Below, piece after piece: positions 50,613-64,000 of a DNA stretch of 64,000 nucleotides (positions are counted from its first letter, which is position 1; each line of letters starts with the position of its first letter). The stretch is from positions 1 through 64,000 of the forward strand of contig JYFJ02001724.1 in NCBI GenBank assembly GCA_000934665.2, in the 5' to 3' direction. The position numbers and the translations under genes were made by a program. Origin of the DNA: Catajapyx aquilonaris (taxonomy: Eukaryota). The notes below the pieces were generated by a model. That model saw only the letters and a list, made by a program, of their open reading frames with translations. It had not been told where the DNA came from and did not search any database.

Positions 50613-53600
50613 TATATGCATAAAATCTTTCTGATACACCTCGGCCTTTCCGAGGAAGTGTTTATTCATCCAGTTATCAAGTGACTTGTGACTCGGCCCT
50701 CTCCCACATCCTTCTCCGATACGTAATTCTCATTTCAGGACACCACCATGTCAGCACTTTTTCCTCCTCCAGTGACCCGCCCCCCTGCCATTTCCACGAT
50801 CTCGAAAAGTGAATCAATGTGCAGCGTCAACTTGCCAATCCCACATGTGCTGTGTATACATGTATACTTTATCGCCATGGGGCAGGACGCGCCTAATCTA
50901 GATAATTATGTATCACCACCCATGGATAACCCGCCACCGCCACAAAGTATGACACTCTTTCGCTATATTCTTTATCTTGCAGCATAAATAAAATGTCAGC
51001 GGTATACAGTACATGATCCGAGTGTATAGGCGGGGTATGGCCGGGAAGCATATATGTGGCCCTTGGAATGCTGCTTCTCTCGAACGGCTACGTCACTTTG
51101 TCCGCCACGACCTCTCAGTCAACATTTCAACTGCGACGATGCCTTGCATCTCACAAATGTGGTTCTTTTTTGCTGTGTAATATTGGCAACAGGCTTGAGT
51201 GGTGTTTGCAGTGCGCGTCAACACTCGCCCTTATGTTGTACGTCAGTAACACTCTGTAAAAAAGCTAGAATTGTTGGTATTGCACAACCAGCAAAGTGCA
51301 CACCAGGGTAAGATCATTACTGTTGCTGTAATAAGCGGAATTTCCAATTTCCCCCGCGCGTAATGTGCCTGGTTATAAAAAAAGATGGTTTACTTAAAAA
51401 GCGTCCTTCAAGCCATAATTTAATGACTGCGCTCTTGAGAGTAGTTACTTACTGCGTCAGGTTGAGCCCTGGGACTTAGGAAGGTAAGCGTAATAGCTCA
51501 AAGAACACGTAATGTCGCATAGGAGCAGGCCCACTCCCAGTTTGATGTTGGGTCGTAAAGGTCTGAGAAGAAGCGTTAGGAGTCTCTCAGACACAGGATA
51601 TTGGCTCAAATGGTGTGCATATCGCTTGAAATGGTACAAATCAATGCAAGTGCACCACACATGCAGCGACACTAAAAATGATTCGTCGGCAGGTTAAAAC
51701 TCCTCCGAGATCCATGCATACCATATAAAACTGTCGTGTTCCGCTGTTTTACATGATAAACGTCGCCCTTCCCAATAAAAAGGGTCCCCAAATTTGCCGC
51801 AAGTAGCATCACTGTTATCCTCTCAGCAGTGTCCCCATTGTCCCTACCTGATCTGCTGTTTTGTCATGTCAATCCAGTATGTCATCTGTGAGCAATGTTG
51901 AAATGTCGAAGATTTGCACGCTATTGGTCTTCAGCATTCCACAGCACAACACAAGGTACTATAAATGGGGATTGACGGACTGCCCTGGACTATACAGACC
52001 ATAAACACCCACATTTATTTGCAATAATAGAACAAAACTATATAACAATATCATATATTCCTCAGACTATCCTGTCCCACGTCAGTCAACACAAGGTCGG
52101 TGCTGTACTATATACCACCTCAATAATAGCAGACAAGTTTTTAACGCCTCATTAGCGTGGTGTTGTCACGATCTCTACGCATAAATCTTGCCATTACTTT
52201 ACTCATCACCAAGATTTACGATCAAACGCGACATATTTCCTTTTACGACTTCCTAATTCTGTAACAATATCGAAAAATGCAACCTTTTGCTCCGGCTCCC
52301 GTTATTTCCCTGCAGGAAAAAAAAAGAAAGTGACATGTGAGGGTCAGATATACGGACAGGTGACGTCAGTCGACGTGGGCGGAGAAGAGGCCTCCAAAAG
52401 TTCCCTCACCTTGGATCTCTTCCCAAGCTGCAACCCTTTAGGATGGCGAGCAGGAAAAACGCTTGTAAAATGGTCCCCCCCCCCCNCCCCCCCCCCCCCT
52501 CTCCCAACTCTACAAAGCCATCCCTTCCAGCTGCTCATATATGCATTACAGGCCACAGTGGGTAATTACTGTACCACGTTTTCCGAGCCCGGTTAGCTGC
52601 TCGTTCACCGTCCTTTACACGCACCCAAGATGTGTCGGAACTGGCGACATGCTGCTGGTATGGCCGGGCCTGCCCAATAAAATCGCCACCGTGCTAGGCG
52701 TAGCCAAATCGCTTCACACCTGATATATCATTTCCAATTGGATGAGGTGTTTGGAATTTCAACGTGTGACGGTATTTTATCGTTGCACCAGGTTTTCTGC
52801 TTTGAACTGATTTTCAGCCGGAAATTATGTATCCCGAGTCCCAAGCCCGGATTAGTTTTGGCTATTAGTGCGTACCGTGGTGTCCGGAGCATGGAACCAG
52901 CAACTTTAAAATTTCATTCTAGATTTAATATTGCGCAAAAATGAACGCTGCCAACATTCCTGGCCAGCCCTGGAGCAGCAGAACCCCGCGATCTAATTAT
53001 CGGAGACATTTGAGCGTCAATTGCCTCCCCTGGACTGAACGGGAACGAGCTCTGAGCCTGAAATGCTCCAGCTGGATCCAAGGATTTGTTTCGACATGAC
53101 ATCAAATAATTTTCTGGAGAAGTTGTTCGTTTGTTTTTAATCTGCGTGTGCAAATGTATCAGACGAATGCCGGAGTTTTGAAAATCCGGGTTTGATAGTA
53201 GCAATGGCAATGGGAATTTTAAATTTCTGTCACACTGAGTCGCTTTACCGACCAAGAGGATGCAAAATTGACCGTATGACACTACAACAAAACTCGTAAG
53301 TAATTTTTCAGCCTGAACAAATTGCGGGTATCTCTAGTTTGGCCCCAAAGGCGCGCCCCGAATGTCAAAACAAAATGTGGAAACGCACAAACTTCAAACA
53401 AAACCTAATTTTTCCCCGCCACTTTTGATTACTTCCTTACGTTCCAAATCCGGCAAACCCCACCCNCCCCCCCCCCCCTCTGCCCTCCAGAAAAACGTCC
53501 ACGCTTCATGACACATTCCAAAGCTCTCCCCCCGAAATCGCAATTTTCAGCAGTCCTTGGCAACAACCCCAAAAGCTTCCGACTCGTGAAATTCTCCACC

Positions 53601-56600
53601 TTTAGCCTTCTGAAAGGCTCAAGAAGAGCAAGAGAAACTCCCTTCCCGCTGGCCTTTTGCAGACATGACATTATTGCACTGAAAGGTCTCCGTGGTTCAA
53701 TTCCCGCCACAAACCCAAAATGGAGCTTGGGGGCGCCTGCAAACACCCCCTCAGAAAATAACCTGAACTTCACCTACTTAAAACTGTGCCCGCCTCTCGT
53801 CTCATCAAGACTGGGTCCCGACGTGAATGCCTGGGAAATGAATTCCTGACGACGCCTGAGAAACTGAAACCTCCAGCGTGAAACTTCATCACTTGGCATC
53901 CTTTGTCCCGAGATGACTCCCGACTTTCTCTTGTCCTGCAAACCACACAAACGCACTTGCTAATTGACAAGGTAAACTCACGGCGTCCTTGGAGCACTAC
54001 GCGACCGGAGGTACAGAGTTGTTCGTCACTACGAATGTACTGTGGAAACCAAAATGTTTCGGTCAAGGTGAAATCCAAGTGCATGCAGCTGACGATAAAA
54101 TATCGAAAAGTTCCTCGAGAGATCCCATGATGAAACTGCCAGAGTGATGTGTACGGAAATATAATATAACGTTAATTCTAGTTCCACCATATTTTTCGTC
54201 TCTCAGTTGCTCTCCACCAGCTATTGGCCAAAAATCCGTACTGGTGCTGGGGGCAACGTTTTCTCCCAGTGGCGGCAACTAAAAATGATTGTGAGGGGGA
54301 GGAGAGTTACCATGAATATTCCCGAAGAGGAATCGTTTGTTTTCCTAATCAGCAAACTAATGCAAACTCCCGAGCCACATAGTGGAACAGAGTGATGTGG
54401 ATGGGGCGGNNNNNNNCCCCCCCCCCCCCCCCCCTTATTTAACATGCAGTCTGAAATCCCAAATGGTGAGAATTTCCAGCGGCTCCGCGTCTAGATTCGT
54501 ACAGGCCAAGCTTGACACTTGCACGGCCGTAAATCCTCCCCATATGGGTGGGACGGCACCCGATTGGTCGGCGTGCTGCTATTAATCCATGCAAATTACA
54601 CAGGTTGCTACATGCCCGCGGTTTATTTCATTCACAGTCTACTAACGCTCAGCTGCACCTCTGGCCCCCAAAATTCCTGCCCAATGGAGTTGCGGTGCAC
54701 ATCTACTGTCGGTACTAGATTTGCCCTACGAAATTGATTAGAAGGCTTGGTATTCTCCTATAGGCTGCTATGTGCCACCACTTTTTTTTACTCCTTCATC
54801 ATCCAGCAGCCATATGAAGAAGGCCATCCTCAGGCCTTCAATCAAGTCGAGCATGAAGTTAATCTCACTGGAATGTGCCAAGTGGCTCAAAAGAGCAATT
54901 AATTTGGGGGGCCCATGGGGATCAATTATTCTTTCCGGTATCTGCAGGCACCCCGGGCACAGATATGACGTGCAAAAATATTCTCGCGACATACGTAATA
55001 TTAGTCACATCGAGTGTGGTTGCCATCTCATGCCCCACAGCATTGTGAAAATACATTCTACTTGGAAGTATTAGTGCAATCAGTGCGAAGTCGAATATCA
55101 CCCTCACGCTAGTTAAGCGCAACATTCAACCTCAAGGGCGAAGTGGGTGAGGACGTCCACTCTCAGCACATTATACGCAACAATGGGCACGACATTCGAT
55201 TTCCCTTCATGATCAAGACCCCGCGCTTCCTACCAAACTTCACGTTCTTGCGAGCACGCCTGCAGCAAGTAGCCTTTCTGAATACTTGCAATTAAACGAA
55301 ATAAACGAATTTGTTCCAGCCTACACAGGCTACTTTTACTACCAAACCGCTAATGGAATAACCTGTGGCTCCCCCAATTTATTCCCCTATTCCGCCCCAA
55401 CTTCGTCGCATTAAAGCCCTAATTAATTAGCAATGAGAATTACAGATGAAGATTATCACAGAGTTTTCCGCCAGGGCTAAATTAACTTCCGCCCGTCTGA
55501 ATTTTAGTAGTTTCAGTCAGCGGCAATGACTCATGCCCGGTATCCAAACAGGCCAACTCCCAAAATACACACACGTATACTGTACCGAATAGTTCTTCAC
55601 CAAACAGTTCCTGATAAGCGTCTCTGTAATCAGGTGTCACATATGACAAAAATTCTTCACATCCAAAAAGGCATCTCAATATTGTCAAGTGCAATGCCCT
55701 CCATTTTATCGGAATTTTTTTTCAAGGCACTCGTTATTTTCGACGGAACTCCTCGTGTTGTTTGAGCCTTTTGTTTGTTCCCCTTGCGACCTGCAGAAAA
55801 GTATTTAACCTTTTTTTCCGCTACTTCCCTTCCCCTCCGGATGCTTTCGTGGACCAAAACCCCTCCGGATTCACGGTGATTGTTGGGGTGGAAAAACACT
55901 GTCCACGAAGAGCGTCTCTCACTTTTTTTTAGGTAAGATGCAGCCAAGGCTTCTTGAGCAAGTTGACATTTGCAAGACTCGCCTACGCTCAACCGGGGAT
56001 AATTAATGGCATTTTTGGTATATGCAAACAGCATTGCGCATACCGCGGCTCATTCATGTGATATTCACCCATCTTCAAATAGATGTAACATGCCTAGCTC
56101 TAAGAAACAAGATTATGTAACTACCACTTATCACGAGTAATATGAACCACACACCACATCCTTTTCCTGGATTGTTTCAAGGGCACCATAGACTCTAGTG
56201 TTCCTGTCGCGTGTCGTATGCCCATCATGAACCCGTGCAGTCAGCTTTCTTATATACCTCAACATGTTTATGCATTACCAGCAAAGAAGCGTGGTAATTC
56301 GCCCTAATTTTAGGCGTCCTAAAATTGGACCTTTCTAACAATGTCAAAATTTACAAGTGGTTTTTAAGCCACTGTTTACTCAAGGCAGATTAGCTTCTCT
56401 CTTCTTTTTTTCATTCTCTGCTCCATTTTGTTCAATGCCGAGTCTTTGCATCCGCGATTCCGACCTTCCTTTGCATTAGTACTGCATAACCACTCAGTTC
56501 GAGCAAAGGCCGGAAATTATATTCCTCAGGAGGAACATTAACGTGGGTCTTGAAAAAGACTACAGATTTTAAAAGGCGGAAAAGTTCACGATCCCTACGA

Positions 56601-59600
56601 ATTTTTCTCTCTCTTTTTCTACCCCCCAGCAACCCCGGCGTCGCAGAGAAACTTTCCATCTCAGAAGGCCAGTTTGCAAAGCAGCACGCGTACTCATAGC
56701 AACATTTCCCTGGAATATTTAATCTGGCTAGTATTCTCCCCAGTTGGAAAAGGCTAATTTGAGCGGCCCAAGTGCGTTTAATCCGACAGAAATCCTTTCC
56801 GGAGTCTCTCAACACATGGCATTACGAGGTGCAATTTGACGGAGGGGACGTTCGAGAATGAATGTCAATCAAGCTGGAATGGAGCTGCGTCCGTTGGGCA
56901 CACAGCTTTGGCTGTGGGATTACCAGCCAATAGCCCGCAAACGGCCATCCAATCTCGAGAGCTAGTTATGGCCAAGGACTTTTTGACAAGGTGAGCGGAG
57001 GTGTGTCGGGAATCGAATATGCGGCGCTTACCCTACAGCACCAACCAGGAGACCAGAACGGGGTTTACCTGTCAAGTAGAAAAAATTCATATAAGCCAAA
57101 GCCAGAAAAAAAACCCTGCACATGCATCAAATCTGGACAATATATCTGAAGAGGATGTGTATGCAAGCAGACATTTGCGTCTGGGTTACCAAAGTATACT
57201 TTGAATCTCGTTTTTCCTGAGTCACGCCATATTCTGATGACATCATATCCCTGTTTTTTTTCTTTCATATTACACGGAGGCATTTCCTAATCATGAAACA
57301 TGAGCCCCCAAAAATGTGGCGATACTCTATCACAGCCCCTAATACCACCTCTATCTCCCCTTCCCCAGTCGACTTGCCCAAATAAATTAACTCGAGAGAA
57401 CTAGGTCGTTCCGTTTATCTCAAGTGGGTGTACTACAAAGACGCGAAGCACAAGATTTGGAGGATGAAGCTTCCAGAGGCCCTCCTTCCCTCCCTCTTCC
57501 CCCGCCCCCTCCAAAATAGATCAAGGCGTCATCTCACATCAGGCCCTCTTCCGAAACGAATTAGGTCGCTCACCATGTGTGAAGCTGAACTACCTTTCTA
57601 GCATGCTGCCCCTGGTCATACGTGCACCCATAAAAATGTGTGCACACGTGTCGAGAATCACATGGGCTGGATATGTCTATTCACATGTCACACACCTTGC
57701 AGGATGGATTTGGACACGAGGTCGAGCTGTAATCCGAGCTGCCAAAGAACTCGGTGAAAAGTGCCAGCAGGCAACGTGCGTACAAGCCGCTTTCAGTTTA
57801 ATAACCACCCTGTATCCTGCAGAGCTAGAGCGTTTCTCCCCGTAAAACCATTTCCCTGTGAGAAACCCTACACAAACTCCAGCCATGTATTTTTTCCCCC
57901 CGCCCAATTCCTTGCCTTGTTACGTACATGCAAGTTGTGCCGACATCCCTCTCTGAGATGTGCCGAGCAGGGGCAAAAGGGCTGCTATATATCCTGCCCC
58001 GGGGCACAGATTTGCAGCCAGCTAGAGGAAGCAGCAGAGAAACTGGCAAGTTGGCGAAATATGAGAGAGTGGCAGGCCGAAAAGGAACTGCAGCCAAACC
58101 TGCTGGATCAGCACTCCCAGACTTCCGCCATGCTTGCTCTCTTTGGAGGAAGGGAAGGGGGAATTTGCAGTCACCTTCCCTTCTCCATTTCCGCCCACAT
58201 TATATGCTCGACATCCATCCCAGAGTCTTCCATTACCACACTCTTCTCCTCTGCTTCGATCTGAAGCTGCGACACCTAGCGACGTTCACCCACACGCCAG
58301 TCAACTTAAATTGGTTCGTCCCCTTTTTGGGGGGAGAAATCTCTATACGGAGTGTGTGTACTTACAGCCACGGATTTGATACCAGCATCGACCAACCATA
58401 AGGTTCAAAGACTGTTTACTCAACACGGCCCTTCACCTGACATGCCAGCAGATAATCTTGTTTTGCGGTGTCATTCCATTTCAAGTCATACAGTCGACTA
58501 TACGGACATGAGAGACTTCAAGGGACCGCGGAAATCAGTATCCTATAACAGAGGTTTCCTATATATTCAAGTACACTGGCCATATATGGAAGAATTCCGG
58601 GACCAGCCTTTCGAGTTAGCTATAACCTTACAGCTAAAGCTCTTACTGTTGCCAGTATGAAGGTGCACATGGTTTTCCAAAAAGCCCCACCAAATGCTGA
58701 TTTCCCAGAGTGTGTGCATCTACTGGCCTATAGACGAGCCTTACCTGAACTTCGCACGCACGCAACGTTGGCCATAAATTTACATACACCCGTAAACGCG
58801 GTTAGGCAAATAGACACTTCTCACACTTTTGTCGCGCAATTTTTCAGAGCCAACCGACTAAAACAAAAATATGCAGCTCACGGGCCTTTGAAAAATGCTT
58901 TTTCTGCAATAACAAAGCCTTTACCGCGATAAAATGCTGCTCTTCCAATACATGAATCCAGCACTGCCTGCTGCCTTCCTGACTGGACTCGGCCCAGTGA
59001 AGAAACATGATTCAGGCAATCAAGCCCCTGCGTCCAAAAGAGATCACAATGATGGATTACTCACGCCACTAAAGGCTAGTATATTTCTACTTCCACACAA
59101 GCCAGGCTGAATGTGGGGCTCGTGTGTGGTTGCACATACTCGTACACAGTGGACGTGGGTATAATCCATCACCTTGACCTATCCGAGAACCCAAACCTTT
59201 CCGTACACTGGACACCCTGTAGCTTATAACATCCCCCATTGTCCAACCCCGCATCTCAAAGCTTTCTCTGGTCCCCACAACATCCGAACCCCGAACAACG
59301 ACATTCACCTGCACGTGTCACCTCCGGTTTGTGCGATGAATGGACGCGAGACATGTCACAACGGCATTTTCGGGGAACACACGTTGGGTGGATTATCGAT
59401 CCCGGACAACTCATTTTCCGGGCCGTTATCCCTCCCTGCCCTAAAACACCCTCCTCCTCCAAGCCACCTTCAAGCAGGGCCTGCTTCAAGCCAGGAGCTC
59501 CCCCACATAAAAAAAAAAAAGAATTAGAAAAAAGAGGACAGTGGACCAGGAGAGTGAGGAAAAGACTTAGACGTGCCAAAAAATGTCCCATCCCATGCAA

Positions 59601-62600
59601 GTGACACTCCATTAGGTCAGTTGTAAGGAAATCAATATAAGCGAACTGCAACGCTTCCTTGCCCTATGCAAAAGGCAAAATCTTGAGCCTGGAAGCCTGC
59701 CAGGACTGCAGATCCGGTCGTCATGCACCAAACAAACAGTTTTTAGTGGCCCGGCCGTTCATCTCCGCACAACTCCAAATTTACACCCGGTTTTACGACC
59801 GCTTTCATTCGGGCTCAATGATCCATTTTCGCCTGTTTTAATCATCTTTGCATCGGCACTGATGCTAGTGGTTTTTAATGGGGTGTGTTTTTTGGGAGGG
59901 TTGCTGTACTTACTATACGGTTCACAGTTCTCTCAAACTGCTCGCCACTTCCGGCGTTTAAAAATACACCGGCGACGAATAACATCATGCAAGGTATAAT
60001 TACGTGCAAAAAAAAAAAACTCCCATGAGAAAATGGGGTACAGTTGGCTATGAACTTTTACGTAACTGCGTCAAAATCGCGGGCTTCATTACTGTACTTA
60101 CTGACCGAGATTCTAAAATTATACATACTCCGTCACATGCGTAATTATTTTAATCTGACTATCAGCTACTCGCACCTCTAGGTACACGTCTGTCATAATA
60201 ACTGCGTGTTTCTGTAATAAATAGCTCCCGCGTGAAGCAACTGCACTGCCTGCATCAAGCACCAAACTGGGCTCTAACGTAAGTATACACAGGCAGATGG
60301 AAAACCTAGGGTGCCACCAAGCTGGCCATTTTTCTCCCTCCCACAATGGGCGGGTTTTGCTAGCGTATACATTTTGCAGGCAGACTGGTTTCCCAGCCAC
60401 CACACACGGCCCTGCACCTGAACATTTTTGGTATTCAACGAATTCAGTCACATCAAAGTGAGTATGATCCGCATTGTCACCTAGCAAACACCGCCAACCG
60501 CCGCAGGTGCAGTGACTTATCCAACCTCATTCTGTGCGTTCTCACAGCATTTCATTGACGCCCACTCGCACTTTCTCTGCTGGTGACCTCCAACCTGGGC
60601 TTCCGTATCTGATGCCTCCCTGGGAGGGCCTCCTTCGAGCTAGTACGTATTTGCTTATATGAATGTGTTCCAGCCGATGTACACACCAGGCGACAATAGT
60701 CCTGCGACCTTCGCTTCAAGGTTCAATGAATATGTCGTGCAATTAGACCGGTACGTATACCACGAATTAATGAGTGCATTACTGTTAGCGAGTGACTTAT
60801 TTAGACAGAAACACAAGACATGTTCCCCTTCGAGTGACAATGTAAGTGAGACGGACCCGTCAACAAGCCTGCAAAACTCGATGACACTCCACGCCCACTG
60901 TCCATCACGCCTCACCTTCAACTTTGCATGCAAATATCGGGGTGGATGAACCGACTAGGCATTCATTATCCCTCAATTAACTAGAATATCGAACTAGGTG
61001 ACTAGATAGATGCAGGTGCACAGTCACATCCATTGCATTAATATGTATGAAAATTACAATACCAAAAGCACACTCTGGCTGCATGGAAATTGCCCCTGGA
61101 GCATCCAAGCAGCCAAGGCAAATAAGTGCAGGGCTCAAATCAGTTAACAAGATTAGACCCTAAGGTTGTTTTAATCAGAATGCAAAGTGCAATCATGCTT
61201 ACCATACATCTGAATCATAATTTTGGCGGCACGTGCTGAATCCTCAAAGCGATTAACCACGCTTCCTGCTACGTACAATGTCATTACACGTCCTCCTATA
61301 TGCAACCAGAGTAAGCTCGTTCTTAATAAGCAAAATCAATACTTATTGAGGCTGTAATAAACACTTATCTTTCTGTTGCCTGTGAACACCTGTGGACAGC
61401 CTTGGAAATCACAAACACGACCATATAGCCATACTGTTTGAAATACAATGCACTTCAGGCGGTTTAATTTGCGAGGGAAATCAGGCCAATGCTGATGCAG
61501 TGATATTACGGTTTCAACCTTTGGAGGAGTGTAAGCTTTAATAAAACTGTATAGTACTACACCAGCATTAGTGGCTGGCAAGGGTGTGAGTATCTCGGTT
61601 CACATGATTTACATCTGTAGTGGTAATGAACAAATGGAATTGACGCCATCACATATATGCAAGAGCACTTGGGTAGGATGTTTACTTTGTGCGCCATGTG
61701 CACTTCCCTCCTGGCAAAAGTTTTGTATTTCACTGTAAGTGATACAAGTAAATGGCAGAATAATGACCACAGAACCACATGACAGCCAACATGATTGGAA
61801 TTGTGTTGGATGAATATCCAGTTCTGAATGCACGACTTGTCACCAACTGCCAACAAAGTGCTGTGTAATGTCTATCATGACATGCATGGCAGATAAGTAG
61901 GGCACATTTTAAAATGCCTCCCATTTTCATGTCCATATGATGATTAATAATTTCAACTGTAAATGTTTCATTTTCACATGCTCAGCATTTAAGGTGCATT
62001 TTTGTTGCACTATACTTTTAAGCAATTACTGCAGTTCACAATAAACACTTGACAGTTGTTTCAACATGGCATTCCTGTAACTCCATAAGGTGAAACTGTT
62101 CCTTATTCATCTCTGACCAAGCAGTACTTGTACTGCAATCGAGGGGTAACTATGTGTTCTTGCATAATGTAGAGCAACCCTATGAACAAGTCCTAGGAGA
62201 ATCCTCTCACCCAATGTTTACAGCCCAGTTGTTTCTGCAGGAGTGACAATGCATAAAATTCTGTTGTAGTGGCCAGTGCACTTGTACAGTTGCAAACTTG
62301 CTGATGGAACCTCTCTCAGCATAAAGTGCACAGGACCACCTTCACATAATGGGGATATGCAGATTAATCCTAGCATTACTATAATGATATCTACTTTGCA
62401 GTATTTCCACTGTTTCTGGTTTCGAGAAACAAGCTTTTACACCAACGGTTATCCATGTTATTTAATTGTTCACAGAGTTGTACATTAACGAGAATAAATT
62501 TGCCACATGATATGACTGATTTGTAGGGTACCTTACACCACTGCATGTTTATCCTTGTCAGTAATTGCTTGTTATTGCTGTCCTTGTAATTAGCTCCAAT

Positions 62601-63641
62601 TATTTCCCAAGAAGGATAACTTAAGGCACATCATACGATTGCAGTGATTCAACTATTGTTTTATGGCATTTAGGCTTGTAATTTGTGACCTGCTTACTGT
62701 GTCATTCTGAAAGTCTATAACACTTATTTTATTTACCAAAAGTAGTAGAAAATACTGTATATTATAAACAATAAATTTGATGAGTACAGATGTACAAAAT
62801 TGAAAACTTGCTTCGCTTGGCAGCATAGGAAATTATATTAGTTAAGCAAGCTGCCACCTAATTTATTTGGCTAGCACTTTAGTTGCTTTAGTTAGTGGCT
62901 TTTATTTGCCTAGTCAAGTTGCAACTGAAACAAAACTCAGCCACTGCATTTATCCATGCTACTCATCTAAAAGCCCCACTGGATCTAATCTCATGAATAA
63001 CACCTCTTCTGTGCAGTAGTCACTGAATTTTCAGATGTGTTTGATCTAACCTATTTCTTCTCTATGGGCAGTCTTTTCAGTGCCATCTTGCAAAAAATGG
63101 CCACCACCATTAATCTGCAGAAGTGGGTCTATCAGCTACTGCAAGAAATTATAATCCGAAATCACGCAAGACACTTCCCCATCTGAAGTTCTTGAACAGC
63201 TGCATTTTGGCTGAAAGGTGAGGTGTTATGATGCACTCTTGTTCCTTGACATTCTCAGTTTCTGTAAGCTTTCTTCAAATAATGTCTAACACACACAAGA
63301 CTTTCTATATTGCCAACAATGATAAAACCCTCAGAATCACCATTAACTATACATTACTATTTACTATTACATTACTAGTATATCACAAACAACACAACTT
63401 ATGTCATGACAGCAAGAACTTTCAATGCCAGTAACTGTAGTGGACTAGGTAAACTAATATGTAAACGGACTAAACCCCATATAATTAATCCTAGCTTTTT
63501 ATCCCAGTAAACCTATAGCACATTTTCCTGCAGATAACTCCCAATAATGTAATAATGAGTCACTCATAGTGATAATAAATCTGAGATAAAAGAAATGAAC
63601 CATGTTCCTTTACAGATTGCCTAACATCATATATCACTACA

Positions 63642-63747
63642 GTACTATATCGCTCAAAAAGATAGAGACGATTGGCATTTGATTCAAGTGCAAGTTGCAC
63701 TTGAGTCAAATGCAAAATCGTCTCTATCTTTTTGGGCGATATAGTAC
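63642..63747. repeat. 106-bp near-perfect palindrome (tiny fold-back MITE)
   Basis: GTACTATATCGCTCAAAAAGATAGAGACGATT...TCAAGTGCAA-G-TTGCACTTGA...AATCGTCTCTATCTTTTTGGGCGATATAGTAC. Confidence 0.9.
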
Positions 63748-64000
63748 ATTAACACCTCGGATCCTGTTCAAGTCATAGTACACTAGGTGACTGCAATCTC
63801 TAAAGAAGCTTCTCTGAAGAACTGGTAGTATAATTCTGTCACCTGAGCAAATGACTGATATGTTATATCAATTCAGTCCCAATCCAGGTACAGGATGCAC
63901 CTGCCAACAATTGGAATGCTACCATATAATGTAGAAATGCACACATTGGATGACTATTAAAAACACTGCATAATGCTATGGCCAGGAGGATGCAGCAGAC

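Noticed and set aside
53670..53715. tRNA B-box-like GGTTCAATTCCC
   Set aside because: No A box, acceptor stem or cloverleaf around it.
60476..60530. ATG-initiated mini-exon MRLDKSLHLRRLAVFA..|gt as syndecan exon 1
   Set aside because: Phase 2 rather than the required phase 0, and no hydrophobic signal-peptide core.
27000..64000. Numerous 60-235 aa ORFs in the track (e.g. 32480-33187, 41633-42160, 43910-44413, 57761-58264)
   Set aside because: No recognisable domains, random-looking composition, many non-ATG starts, overlapping on both strands, and no consistent splice framework.
1..64000. CRISPR arrays, operons or prokaryotic defence systems
   Set aside because: No regularly spaced repeat-spacer array; genes are spliceosomal and metazoan.

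Overview
Eukaryotic genomic DNA, most likely an arthropod judging by the syndecan sequence, so most of the supplied ORF track is noise and the real genes are spliced. I reconstructed four protein-coding genes by hand from splice sites and reading frames. (1) A + strand C2H2 zinc-finger gene, last two coding exons at 1437-2209 and 6936-7896, start outside the window. (2) UQCC1/CBP3 on the - strand, 5 coding exons, 11879->8956, about 235 aa. (3) Tollip on the - strand, 2 coding exons, 15398->14032, about 331 aa. (4) Syndecan on the - strand, 4 coding exons found at 26919->21086; its signal-peptide exon was not found, and ~27-64 kb looks like a very large non-coding intron or upstream region. Introns and intergenic DNA hold many non-autonomous DNA transposons (piggyBac-, Harbinger-, hAT-, Tc1/mariner-like MITEs), several nested in each other, plus a possible decayed Crypton/DUF3504 tyrosine recombinase relic. 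The most interesting inference is that UQCC1 shows no visible promoter or first exon of its own and may share a 5' leader exon with the intron-poor Tollip. That leader sits just downstream of a ~1 kb four-layer nested MITE palindrome. No rRNA, tRNA, CRISPR or prokaryote-like system was seen.
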